Source of the DNA: Planctomycetota bacterium
GTDB taxonomy: Bacteria; Planctomycetota; UBA8108; SXIK01
Reading direction: 5' to 3'
DNA: 64,000 nt
Assembly (NCBI GenBank): GCA_965223845.1
Contig: CBDCXR010000004.1
Coordinates: 4,128,001 to 4,192,000 of the forward strand
Shown: positions 9,962 to 20,100 of the stretch, piece after piece
Numbering within the stretch: the first letter of the stretch is position 1
How the letters are laid out: the number at the start of each line of letters is the position of its first letter
Translations under genes and position numbers: made by a program
The notes under the pieces: generated by a model
The model's input: only the letters and a program-made list of their open reading frames with translations
Databases searched by the model: none
What the model was told of the DNA's origin: nothing

Positions 9962-11854
9962 GTGTCGGCACCACCGAGCTACGAATTCTTCAAGCAGCTC
10001 GCGCGCATCATCAATTCGGGACAGTCGCGCGGAGTCATCCTCCAGGGCAACGTCCAGGACCTCTATCACATCCCGGATCCCGTCTCCGAGCCGAGCGACG
10101 AGACGCGCGAATCCGAGACGGTTGTCGCCGCCCGCACGGGTGGGCGATACGCGCCTCTCGTCGAGTTTCTCTGCGAGAAGTGCCGCGTCGACGGCATCGT
10201 TCTCCTCGTCTACGAGATCAACGGTCCCGTGCGCGTCGTCAGCGAGAGCGATCGGCGGCAGCTTCGCGACGGTTGGGTCTCGTGGAAGAGTGGGATGGAA
10301 GCCGAGGAGATCGCGTTTCACAGCCTCGGCAGCCAGAAGCTCCGCAACGAACGGAACAGTCTCGAAGAAGAGTTCGATCGGAACTTCCACCGCTCGGTGG
10401 GGAAGCCGACGCTCGCGCTCGAGTTTCTCCGGCAGCTCGCGCTCTGCTCTCGGTCGCGGAGCCCGAAAGGGAAACCTCATATCGACGGGAATCTTCTCGT
10501 CATCATCGAAGCGGCGGATCTCCTCCTTCCCGTCGGAAGCGGCGACATCTCGAGCCTATCGCCGGTCGACCGACAGCGGGTGAGCATCGTCCACGACTGG
10601 TTCTCGGACCCGGGCTTCATGGACGCACACGACACGGTCGTCCTCCTCGCCGAGTCGTCGAGCAGCATCCATCCGCGCGTCGCCCGTCTCCCGCAGGTGC
10701 TCTCCGTCGAGGCGCCCGCGCCGGATCTCGCCTGCCGGCAGCACTACATCGAATGGTTCCTCGAGCGAACCCGCGCGGGGGACGAATCCGCCGCAGCGGA
10801 GCCGAAGCTGTGGGGAACGGTCGCGGATCTAGCCCGCTTCGCAGCCGGTCTCAGCATTCATGCGCTTCGCCAGCTCCTCATCGGCGCGGCTTACGCGGGA
10901 ACGCGACTCGAGCCGAACGATGTGATCGAGAAAGTCGAAGATTTCATCCGCCGGCAGATCGGCGACGACGTCGTCGAGTTCAAGAAACCGGAGCACACGC
11001 TCGACGATGTCGTGGGATTTCGGCGACTGAAGGAGTTCATCTCGGGCGAGCTCTTACCGCGCTTCAAGGCGAGTGACGCGCGCGCGCTCCCCGGCGCGGC
11101 AGTCGCCGGACCGATCGGCGGCGGAAAGACGTTTATCTTCGAGGCCGTCGCCGCGTCGCTCGACCTTCCGGTGCTCGTGCTCAAGAACATTCGCAGTCAG
11201 TGGTTCGGCCAGACGGACGTGATCTTCGAGCGACTCCGGCGCGTGCTCGAGGCACTCGTCAAGGCGGTGATCTTCGTCGACGAAGCGGACACGCAGTTCG
11301 GTGGCATCGGACCGGAGGTCCATGCAACGGAACGCCGACTCACGGCGCGCATTCAACAGATGATGTCCGATCCGACCCTCCGCGGACGGATGATCTGGCT
11401 TCTCATGACCGCGCGGATCCATCTCCTCTCGCCGGACATTCGCCGACCGGGGCGCGTCGGTGACTTGATCATTCCCGTGCTCGATCCGGCCGGCGAGGAT
11501 CGCCGCGACTTTCTGCGCTGGGTGCTCTCGAGCGTCCTCTCCGAAGACGTCACGGACGATGCGATCGACGACCTCGATTCGCTCACCGAAGGATATTCGG
11601 CGGCCGCGTTCGCTTCGCTCCGATCGCAGCTCAAGGCGAAAGCCGCCGAGGGGACGCTCACGTTCGACGACGTCCGCGCCGTCATCGCCGACCACCTCCT
11701 TCCCCCGATCGAGCTCACCCGGCGCTACCAGACTCTCCAAGCGCTCAGCAACTGCACGCGGCGGTCGCTCCTCCCCGACCCCGACATCGATGACGACGCT
11801 CGCTCTGAGTGGGAGCGTGAGCTCCGCGAGCTCGAAGCGCAGGGAATTCGCTGA
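9962..11854 (+). CDS. AAA+ ATPase (degenerate N-terminal plus active C-terminal AAA module, Ycf46-like layout)
   Basis: Walker A GPIGGGKT, pore loop SQWFGQT, Walker B VIFVDEAD, Arg finger IRRPGR. Confidence 0.85.
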   Translation: MSAPPSYEFFKQLARIINSGQSRGVILQGNVQDLYHIPDPVSEPSDETRESETVVAARTGGRYAPLVEFLCEKCRVDGIVLLVYEINGPVRVVSESDRRQLRDGWVSWKSGMEAEEIAFHSLGSQKLRNERNSLEEEFDRNFHRSVGKPTLALEFLRQLALCSRSRSPKGKPHIDGNLLVIIEAADLLLPVGSGDISSLSPVDRQRVSIVHDWFSDPGFMDAHDTVVLLAESSSSIHPRVARLPQVLSVEAPAPDLACRQHYIEWFLERTRAGDESAAAEPKLWGTVADLARFAAGLSIHALRQLLIGAAYAGTRLEPNDVIEKVEDFIRRQIGDDVVEFKKPEHTLDDVVGFRRLKEFISGELLPRFKASDARALPGAAVAGPIGGGKTFIFEAVAASLDLPVLVLKNIRSQWFGQTDVIFERLRRVLEALVKAVIFVDEADTQFGGIGPEVHATERRLTARIQQMMSDPTLRGRMIWLLMTARIHLLSPDIRRPGRVGDLIIPVLDPAGEDRRDFLRWVLSSVLSEDVTDDAIDDLDSLTEGYSAAAFASLRSQLKAKAAEGTLTFDDVRAVIADHLLPPIELTRRYQTLQALSNCTRRSLLPDPDIDDDARSEWERELRELEAQGIR

Positions 11855-11873
11855 CGCTCGCGACGTTGCCGGG

Positions 11874-11902
11874 TTGACTCCCCCCGCGGATCACTCGATC
11901 AT
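11874..11902 (+). promoter_or_regulatory. Candidate sigma70-type promoter upstream of the DUF1501 gene
   Basis: TTGACT-N17-GATCAT, implying a leader of about 190 nt. Confidence 0.35.
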
Positions 11903-12100
11903 CGAAGCTAGGGCGGTCGAGCGCGGTCAGCCCGGAAGTCTCCCCGGATTCGGTGAGCGAAGTGGCGAGACGCCGTACCGGGCCGTCTTCACGAAGGAGC
12001 CCGCTCCGGGCCGTGTTCGCAGCGTTCCGAGGATCGGCGCCGCGACGCATCCGATGCGCAACTCTCGTCTTACGGCGACGTAGTGAGGATGGGGTGAGAA

Positions 12101-13573
12101 ATGCGGGTTAGCGAACACCTACCTTCCCTCGACGGCGAGCACCCCACAGCGCCCTTACTGCGTCCGGCGACTCGGCGCGAGTTCTTCACGCGGTCGGGCG
12201 GCGGCTTCGGTGCCGTCGCTCTCGCGTGGCTCCTCCATGACGACGGCCGAGCCGCTCCGGACGATTCGTCGCCGCTGAGCGGACGAGCGGGCGCCTCACT
12301 CCACCACGCGCCACGGGCGAAGCGTGTGATCCATCTCTTCATGCACGGTGGTCCGAGCCACGTCGATCTCTTCGATCCGAAGCCCGCACTCGAACGGTAC
12401 GCGGGAAAGCCGCTGCCGGAGAGCTTCGGCGAAGTGATGACGCGACGGAAGGTCGCGAGCAATCCGCTTCTTCCCTCCGCTCGACCCTTCCGGCCGCGCG
12501 GCGAGTCAGGCCTAGAGATCAGCGATTTTCTTCCGCACATCGCGTCGTGCGCCGACGAAATCGCCCTTCTCCGCAGCTGTCACGGCGACAGCGTCAACCA
12601 TCCGCAGTCCGTGTACCAGATGAACACGGGAAGCACTCTGATGGGGAAGCCGAGCCTCGGGAGCTGGCTCAGCTACGGGCTGGGTACGGAGAACCGCGAC
12701 ATGCCGGCGTACGTCGTTCTCCCCGATCCGGGCGGTGCACCAAAGGGCGGACCGCCGGCTTGGGGAAGTGGATTCCTTCCGGCCGAACACCAGGGAACGC
12801 TCCTTCGTCCCGGTCCCGAGCCGCTCGCGCATCTCCGCCCGCCGCCGGCGCTCTCGCGCGTGGAGCAGCGCGCCGCGCTCGATCTCGCCCGCCGTCTCAA
12901 CAAGCGCCACCTCGCCGAGCGCGAGTTCGACCGCGATCTCGTCGCTCGCATCGAGGCGTACGAGCTCGCCTATCGAATGCAGAGCGCCGCGCCCGAGCTC
13001 GTCGCGATCGATCGCGAGAGCGCCGCGACGAAGCGGCTCTACGGGATCGACGAAAAGGAAACGCACGAATTCGGAGTGCGCTGTCTCCTCGCGCGAAGGC
13101 TCGTCGAACGCGGCGTTCGCTTCGTCCAGGTGTACTCCGGCGACACCGGCGGCTGGGACGCACACAAGAGCATCGAGAAGAACCACTCGCTCTACTGTCG
13201 CCGCACGGACCGGCCCGTCGCGGGACTCCTCCGCGACCTCGCCTCGCGCGGTCTTCTCGCCGACACGCTCGTGATATGGGGAGGTGAGTTCGGCCGCATG
13301 CCGATGAGCGAACAAGGAACGGGGCGCGACCACAATCCGTGGGGATACACGATTTGGATGGCGGGCGGCGGTGTGAGCGGAGGAATCGCCTACGGTGAGA
13401 CGGATGCCGTCGGTCTCCGCGCGACGGAGAATCCCGTCCACGTTCACGATCTCCACGCGACGGTCCTCCATCTCCTCGGGATCGACCACGAGCGCCTCAC
13501 CTTCCCGCACGCGGGTCGGGAGCAGCGCCTCACCGATGTCGCCGGGCGAGTCGTCCGCGAAATCCTCGCGTGA
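12101..13573 (+). CDS. DUF1501 domain protein (Tat-exported, planctomycete-type)
   Basis: TRREFF Tat motif, AKRVIHLFMHGGPSHVDLFDPKP, LLARRLVERGVRFVQ, WGGEFGRMP, GRDHNP. Confidence 0.92.
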   Translation: MRVSEHLPSLDGEHPTAPLLRPATRREFFTRSGGGFGAVALAWLLHDDGRAAPDDSSPLSGRAGASLHHAPRAKRVIHLFMHGGPSHVDLFDPKPALERYAGKPLPESFGEVMTRRKVASNPLLPSARPFRPRGESGLEISDFLPHIASCADEIALLRSCHGDSVNHPQSVYQMNTGSTLMGKPSLGSWLSYGLGTENRDMPAYVVLPDPGGAPKGGPPAWGSGFLPAEHQGTLLRPGPEPLAHLRPPPALSRVEQRAALDLARRLNKRHLAEREFDRDLVARIEAYELAYRMQSAAPELVAIDRESAATKRLYGIDEKETHEFGVRCLLARRLVERGVRFVQVYSGDTGGWDAHKSIEKNHSLYCRRTDRPVAGLLRDLASRGLLADTLVIWGGEFGRMPMSEQGTGRDHNPWGYTIWMAGGGVSGGIAYGETDAVGLRATENPVHVHDLHATVLHLLGIDHERLTFPHAGREQRLTDVAGRVVREILA

Positions 13574-15639
13574 GGGGAAGGAAGGACGCCACGATGAATC
13601 ACCGGCGAAGCCGCTCCCGGCCTCCTTCCCGGTTCCCGGACTACCTGCTGTCGACAGTCACGGTCGCGATGTGGATCGCGATCTTGGCGACCTCTCCGCT
13701 CCGAGCGGACGACGCAGCGGCGGCATTCGTCGAACGCCCACTCAAGAAACGAGATCTCGAGCACTGGGCATTTCGTCCGCTCGGTGACGGGTCACCGCCC
13801 GCGCGCGAAGATGTCGAGGGCGATGCGAACCCGATCGACCGGTTCATTCTCGCTGAGCTCCGTGCGCGCGTGCTCGAACCTCTTCCCTCGGCCGACCGGC
13901 GAACGCTGATTCGTCGCGTCAGCTACGACCTGGTCGGACTTCCACCGACTCCGCTCGAGGTGGAGGCGTTCCTTGAGGACGATCACCCGGAGGCGTACCG
14001 GCGACTCGTCGACCGCCTGCTCGCCTCGCCGCGCTACGGCGAACGCTGGGGACAACACTGGCTCGATCTCGCGCGCTTCGCGGAATCCGACGGCTACGAG
14101 CACGACAAACTCCGGCCGAACGCCTGGCGCTATCGCGACTGGGTGATCGGCGCGCTCGCGAGCGACCTTCCGTACCGGGAGTTCGTCGCCCTCCAGCTCG
14201 CCGGCGACCAGTTGCGACCGAACGACCCCGCGGCCGCGATCGCAACCGGATTCACGCTCGCCGGACCCGACATGCCGGACATCAATCTGCAGGCCGAGCG
14301 GCGCCACATGGTGCTCAACGATATCACGGCGACGGTCGGCGAGGTCTTCCTCGGCCTCAACATCGGGTGCGCGCAGTGTCACGATCACAAATCCGATCCG
14401 ATCAACCAGGCGGACTTCTACCGTCTCCGCGCGTACTTCGATGGCGTCGACATCTTTCGCGATCACCCGCTCGAACTCGCGCCCGAAGGGGCGAAGCCCG
14501 TCCACGGACGCGTCCTCCGCGAGAAAACGAAAATCGCGCCTAGCCGACTGATGATCCGCGGCGACTTTCGGCGGCCGGGCCCCGAGCTCGAGCCGGCGGT
14601 TCCTCGCGTTCTCGCCTCCAGCCTTCCCCAAGCTGCGAGTCCGTCGCACCCGGGCGATGTCTCGGCCTCTCTGCCTCGTCGCCTTGCGCTCGCGCGCTGG
14701 ATCACGCGATCGACGAACGCGCTCTCCTACCGCGTGATCGTGAATCGCGTTTGGCTCCATCACTTCGGGGAAGGCCTCGTCCGCACTCCGAGCCTCTTCG
14801 GGCGGGACGGCACGCCGCCCACGCATCGAGACCTTCTCGATTGGCTCGCGCGCGAGTTCGTTCACCAGGGCGGCAGCCTGAAGGAACTCCATCGCTTGAT
14901 CGTGACCTCCAACGCGTACCGCCGAGCGAGTCGCCCAGCGACGATCGAAGATCGCGCGCGCTATCGTCGTTCGCTCGACGTGGACCCCGAGAATCGGCTT
15001 CTCGCGCGTCAGAACCGCCGGCGACTGAGCGGCGAAGCCCTCCGCGATGCACTCCTCCAGATCGCCGGGAGACTGAGCGAGAAGCGGGAGGGCCCCGGCG
15101 TGATGCCGCCGCTTCCGCCCGAGGTCCGCCGGAGCATCCGGAAGGATCACTGGAAAGTGACCCCGGACGAGAACGAGCACCGCCGGCGCAGCATCTACCT
15201 CTTCGTGCGGCGCAATCTTCGTTACCCGTTCTTCGAGGTCTTCGATGCCCCCGATCGCCTCGTCAGCTGTGCTCGACGCGAGCGAACGACGATCGCGCCG
15301 CAGTCGCTCGCCCTGCTCAACTCGGAGCTGAGTCTCGAAGCGGCTCAGTTCACCGCGGGACGGGTGCTCGCGCGCGCCGGAAGCGATCGAAGCGCACAGA
15401 TCGACGCCGCATTCGAGCTCGTTCTCGGCCGACCGCCGCGGGAATCCGAGCGTGCGGACTGCCGGGAGAGCCTCGCCCAGATCGCAGCGCATCTGCGGGA
15501 ACGCATCGACGCGGCTGAAACCATCGCCGAGCCACTGCCCGCCGGGACGCGCGACGGAATCGCGCGCGCGGACGCCGCGGCGCTGACGTCGATCTGCCTC
15601 ACGCTTCTCAACACGAACGAGTTCGCGTACGTGGATTGA
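13570..15639 (+). CDS. DUF1549/DUF1553 (PSD1) domain protein with CxxCH
   Basis: HWAFRP, NPIDRFI, YGERWGQHWLDLARFAES, CAQCHDHK, NRVWLHHFGEG, RRSIY, ends NEFAYVD. Confidence 0.92.
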   Translation: MRGRKDATMNHRRSRSRPPSRFPDYLLSTVTVAMWIAILATSPLRADDAAAAFVERPLKKRDLEHWAFRPLGDGSPPAREDVEGDANPIDRFILAELRARVLEPLPSADRRTLIRRVSYDLVGLPPTPLEVEAFLEDDHPEAYRRLVDRLLASPRYGERWGQHWLDLARFAESDGYEHDKLRPNAWRYRDWVIGALASDLPYREFVALQLAGDQLRPNDPAAAIATGFTLAGPDMPDINLQAERRHMVLNDITATVGEVFLGLNIGCAQCHDHKSDPINQADFYRLRAYFDGVDIFRDHPLELAPEGAKPVHGRVLREKTKIAPSRLMIRGDFRRPGPELEPAVPRVLASSLPQAASPSHPGDVSASLPRRLALARWITRSTNALSYRVIVNRVWLHHFGEGLVRTPSLFGRDGTPPTHRDLLDWLAREFVHQGGSLKELHRLIVTSNAYRRASRPATIEDRARYRRSLDVDPENRLLARQNRRRLSGEALRDALLQIAGRLSEKREGPGVMPPLPPEVRRSIRKDHWKVTPDENEHRRRSIYLFVRRNLRYPFFEVFDAPDRLVSCARRERTTIAPQSLALLNSELSLEAAQFTAGRVLARAGSDRSAQIDAAFELVLGRPPRESERADCRESLAQIAAHLRERIDAAETIAEPLPAGTRDGIARADAAALTSICLTLLNTNEFAYVD

Positions 15640-15657
15640 CCCCGGTCCCGAACCGGG

Positions 15658-16929
15658 TCACTCGCTCAGAACCTTCCTCACGAGAAGCCAGCCGAAGAAG
15701 GCGAGCGCGAAGACGAGAACGATGACGACTACCGGCCCGTTCCGCGCTTTACCGCCCACCCAATCGCGACGCGAATTCATGACGAGAAGGGCGAGTGCGA
15801 GAAGCGGGATCACGGCGGCGCTGAGAATAGCGTAGAGCTTCTGCATCTCGGCGAACGACACGGTGAGCCCGAGCGCCGGAACCGTGGCGAGGAAGAAGAG
15901 AAAGCCGCGGTACGGCCGCGTCTCTTCGAGGGGGCGCTCGGCGCGAGCCTCACCGCCGCTCCGGTTCCGGTCGACGAACGCGCGCCGACAAAAGTCAGCG
16001 AACAGGTAGGGCACTGCCTGCCACACGCCGAGAAGACTGCTGAAGACGGCTCCCCACGCGCCGACGAGAAACGCCCACCGCCCCACCGGCCCGACGGGTC
16101 CCTCGAGTCGCTGGGCGAGGTCGACGACGAGCGTCGCTCCTCCGCCCGAGATTTCGACAGTGCTCCCGATGACGACCATCGCGAGGCCGAAGATGGCGGT
16201 CACGGTGTATCCGACGGCGAGATCGATCCGGCAAACGGCGAGATGGTCGATCGAGTTGCGTCCCTTCTCCCGGATCCAGTAGCCGTAGCAGAGGACCGTC
16301 ACGCTCCCCCCGACGCCCCCCATGAGAGCCACCGTCCAGGAGAGGTTCGGTGCTCGGAGCGTCGCGGGGTCGGGGACGACCGCACCGCGAACCAGCGCGC
16401 CCGCATCGGGAACCAAGAGCGCCGCCGTGGCGACGACGACGACGAACATCACCCCGATGAAGACGCTCATCGTTTTCTCGAAGAGAGCGAAGCCGCCGAG
16501 AAAGACGAGCGCGAGGCCGAGGAGGCTGTGGACGATCCCGAACACGATCTTCGCCGTCGCCGCGGATTCGAAGAGCGGGATCGCGGCGTGCGCCGTCACG
16601 CCGCATGCGCCCATGAGCGCGGTGGCGACGAAGAAGCTCCACACCGTGAGGTAGGGCAGAAACACGACGACCGCGACGAGGCCGAAGCGCTCCACCGCGC
16701 CCTCGAGAAACGTCGTTCCCGTGGCGAGCTGCCAGCGAGCGAGCCCCTCGTTGACCATCCACTTGAGGAAAGCCCCCACGACGACCGCCCAGAGGACGGA
16801 GAGGCCGACCTTGCTCCCCGCGAGGCTCGCCGCGGCGAGGTCGCCGGCGCCCACTCCCGTCGCCGCGACGAGAAGACCTGGGCCGATCACCCGCAGCCAC
16901 CCCCCCCGGCCTTGGCTCGCTCGATTCAT
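15658..16929 (-). CDS. Nramp-like (YcsG-type) membrane transporter
   Basis: IGPGLLVAATGVGAGDL motif; about 11 hydrophobic segments. Confidence 0.8.
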   Translation of the reverse strand: MNRASQGRGGWLRVIGPGLLVAATGVGAGDLAAASLAGSKVGLSVLWAVVVGAFLKWMVNEGLARWQLATGTTFLEGAVERFGLVAVVVFLPYLTVWSFFVATALMGACGVTAHAAIPLFESAATAKIVFGIVHSLLGLALVFLGGFALFEKTMSVFIGVMFVVVVATAALLVPDAGALVRGAVVPDPATLRAPNLSWTVALMGGVGGSVTVLCYGYWIREKGRNSIDHLAVCRIDLAVGYTVTAIFGLAMVVIGSTVEISGGGATLVVDLAQRLEGPVGPVGRWAFLVGAWGAVFSSLLGVWQAVPYLFADFCRRAFVDRNRSGGEARAERPLEETRPYRGFLFFLATVPALGLTVSFAEMQKLYAILSAAVIPLLALALLVMNSRRDWVGGKARNGPVVVIVLVFALAFFGWLLVRKVLSE

Positions 16930-17150
16930 CGTTCGCTCCGTGTCGGCTTACCGCCTCTCTCCACCGCCGAATCGACGCATTGGACTCGAACCCCAGCGCC
17001 CGAACAAGCCGAGTCCAGGCCTCAGGATTCGCCGCTCGAGTTTTTCACCCGGACGGACGGCTGAGGTACCATAGAGGCTTCCGACGTCCGGCGGACCGAC
17101 GCCGCGTCGCTTCGATCCGACCCCCGACCCACCGAGCTGGAACACCCTTC

Positions 17151-20100
17151 ATGTCCTCAGCCCCCGTTTCCGCCGACGCCGCTCTCGCTCCCCGAGGCGG
17201 GCGAAGTCTCCGAACGTTCGCGTTCGCGCTCGCGACCTCTCTCGTCGTTTCATCGACCGCCGCGGCTCAAGTCGTCATCAACGAGGTGCTCGCGTCCAAT
17301 CGCCTAACGAATTTCGACGAGGACGGCGATTCGGGCGACTGGCTCGAGCTCTACAACGCCGGCGACGCGGCGGTCTCGCTCGCTGGGTTCGGCGTCAGCG
17401 ACGACGAGGCGGAGACTCTGAAGTGGCAGATCCCCGAGCTCGTGCTCGAGCCGGGTGAGTTCGCGACTCTCTGGTGCTCCGGAAAGGATCGGATCGTCCC
17501 CGCGGCCGACACGATCTCGAGCGATTCGGTGATGTTCCGCCCCGAGGTCGTCGGCCTCGATGCGGAATGGAGTTATCTCACGGGAAGCCCGGAAGACGGA
17601 CCACCGCCAGACGGTTGGAACACTCTCGAGTTCGACGACGCGGCGTGGCCGACGGGGAAGCCCGGATTCGGTTTCGGGGACGACGACGACGTGACGATCC
17701 TCCCCGAGGATATCGGCGCGGTGTTTCTCCGGCACAGATTCGAGATCGACGATCCGAGCTCGCTCCCGAACCTCGTCATCCAAGCGAAGGTGGACGACGG
17801 CTTCGTCGCGTACCTGAACGGAGTTCGCGTCGCCAGCTTCAACTTCGATCCGAACGAGACGCCGGAGTTCGGCAGCCGGGCCACGCGCTCGCAAGAGGCG
17901 AGACGACACAATCGCGTCGACATCACTGCGTTCAGGGACGTTCTCGAGCCGGGACCCAATCTTCTCGCGATGGTCCTCCTCAATCAGCGCTCGACGAGCA
18001 GCGACCTTTCGCTGATTCCGGAGCTCGGCACGATCGAGGCCCCGCTCCATACGAATTTCAATATCGCGAGCGAAGGCGAAACGGTGTTTCTCTCGGCGCC
18101 CGACGGAACGATCGTCGACCAGGTCGAGCTGCCGCCGCAGGTGCGCGATCAATCGTTCGGGAGACTGACGGACGGCACCGGCGCGTTCGCGTACTTCCGC
18201 GTGCCGTCGCCGTCGGCTCCGAACACGGGACAGACGAGCGACTCGCCGATGATCGTTGCCGACACACGCTTCTCGATCGATCGAGGGTTCTACGACGAGC
18301 CGTTCGAAGTCGAAATCACGACGGAGACGCCGGACGCGACGATCCGCTACACCACGGACGGTTCACCGCCGTCGCCGACGGAGGGGACGGTCTACGACGG
18401 CCCGGTCCGGATCGAGCGAACGACGCCGCTCCGCGCGATCGCCTACAAGGATGGGCTCGACTCGACGAACATCGATACGCAGACCTACATCTTCCTCGAC
18501 GAGATCGTCCGCCAGGATCGTCAAGCGACGCTCGCGCGCGGCTTCCCGGCCCGCTGGGGTGGGACGACGGCCGACTACGGCATGGACCCACGGGTGATCG
18601 GGCAGGACGGGGACGATCGCTACGGCGGTAAATACGCCGAAACGATCCGAGCCGATCTGCTCTCGATTCCGACTCTCTCGGTCAGTCTCCCGACCGACGA
18701 TCTGTTCGGGGCTCAGGGAATCTACACGAACTCGAACGCGCGCGGCGTTCAGTGGGAGCGTTCGGCGTCGGTCGAGCTCATCGATCCGAGTGGGAGCGAG
18801 GAGGGCTTTCAGGTCAACTGCGGCCTCCGCATCCACGGTGGCGCATTCCGGAGCCACGGGCTCACGAAGAAGCACTCGCTGCGTCTTTTGTTCAAGGGTG
18901 TCCACGGCCCGACGAAGCTCCGCTACCCGCTCTTTCGCGGGACCCCGATCGAGGCCTTCGACTCGCTCGTCCTTCGCGCGAACTCGAACGACGGCTGGCA
19001 GTGGGCGGCGGCGAACGCCCAGCCCGTCTACATCCGCGACTCGTTCGGCCGCGAGACGGCGCTCGATGGCGGGCTCGTCGCATCGCACGAGCGATTCGTT
19101 CACGTCTACTTAAACGGCGTGTACTGGGGACTCTACAACTTCGTCGAGCGCCCGGACGCCTCCTTCAGCGCCAGCTACTTCGGCGGTCAGAAGGAAGAGT
19201 GGGACTCGATCTCGAACGACACCGCCTCGAACGGCTCTCTCGCGGCTTGGCAGCAGCTCGTCGCGCTCAGCCGCGGCGGATTCCGGGCCGAGGAGTCGTA
19301 CGAGGCCGCGCGCGGGAATCGCCCCGACGGCACGGACGACCCCACTCTCGAGACCTACTTCGACGCCGCGAACACGATCGACTACATGATCGTCAATCTC
19401 TACGTCGGGAACTCCGACTGGCCGCACAAGAACTATTGGATCGGCCGGCGTCGAGGCCCGGAGAGCACGGGATTCAAGTTCTACATGTGGGATTCGGAGT
19501 GGTCGCTCCTCTTGCGCTCACCACTCAACACGAACCGCACCACAGTGAACAATGGGGTCGCGATTCCGTACGGAGCGGCGCGAACGAACCCGGAGTTTCA
19601 GATTCAGTTCGCCGATCGGCTGCACCACTACTTCTTCAACGGCGGCCCACTCTACGTCGATCCGCAGAATCCGACTTGGAATCCCGAGCATCCGGAACGA
19701 AATCGGCCCGCCGAGCGCTTCATGCGCATCGCAGACAGCATCGAACGCGCGGTCGTCGCCGAATCGGCGCGCTGGGGTGATCAGCACTCCGGAACGCCCT
19801 ACACTCGCGACGAGCACTGGCAGCGCGAGCGCGATGCGATCGTCCGCGGATACTTTCCGACGCGATCGGCGATCGTACTCAGTCAGTTTCGCGGGATCGG
19901 CCTCTACCCGAACCTCGAGGCGCCGCGCTTCAATCAGCACGGCGGTCGCGTGGAAAAGGGGTTCTCGCTGACGATCCACGCCCCCCGCGGCGATGTCTAC
20001 TACACGCTCGACGGATCGGACCCGCGTCTCCGCGGCGGCTCCCTGAATGGGACGGCGACCCGCAGTGAGGCAGTAGAGAACTCGACCGTCATCTCCGAGG

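Noticed and set aside
15637-15660. Hairpin spanning the two convergent stop codons as a bidirectional terminator
   Set aside because: The stem is bulged and lacks U-tracts on either side
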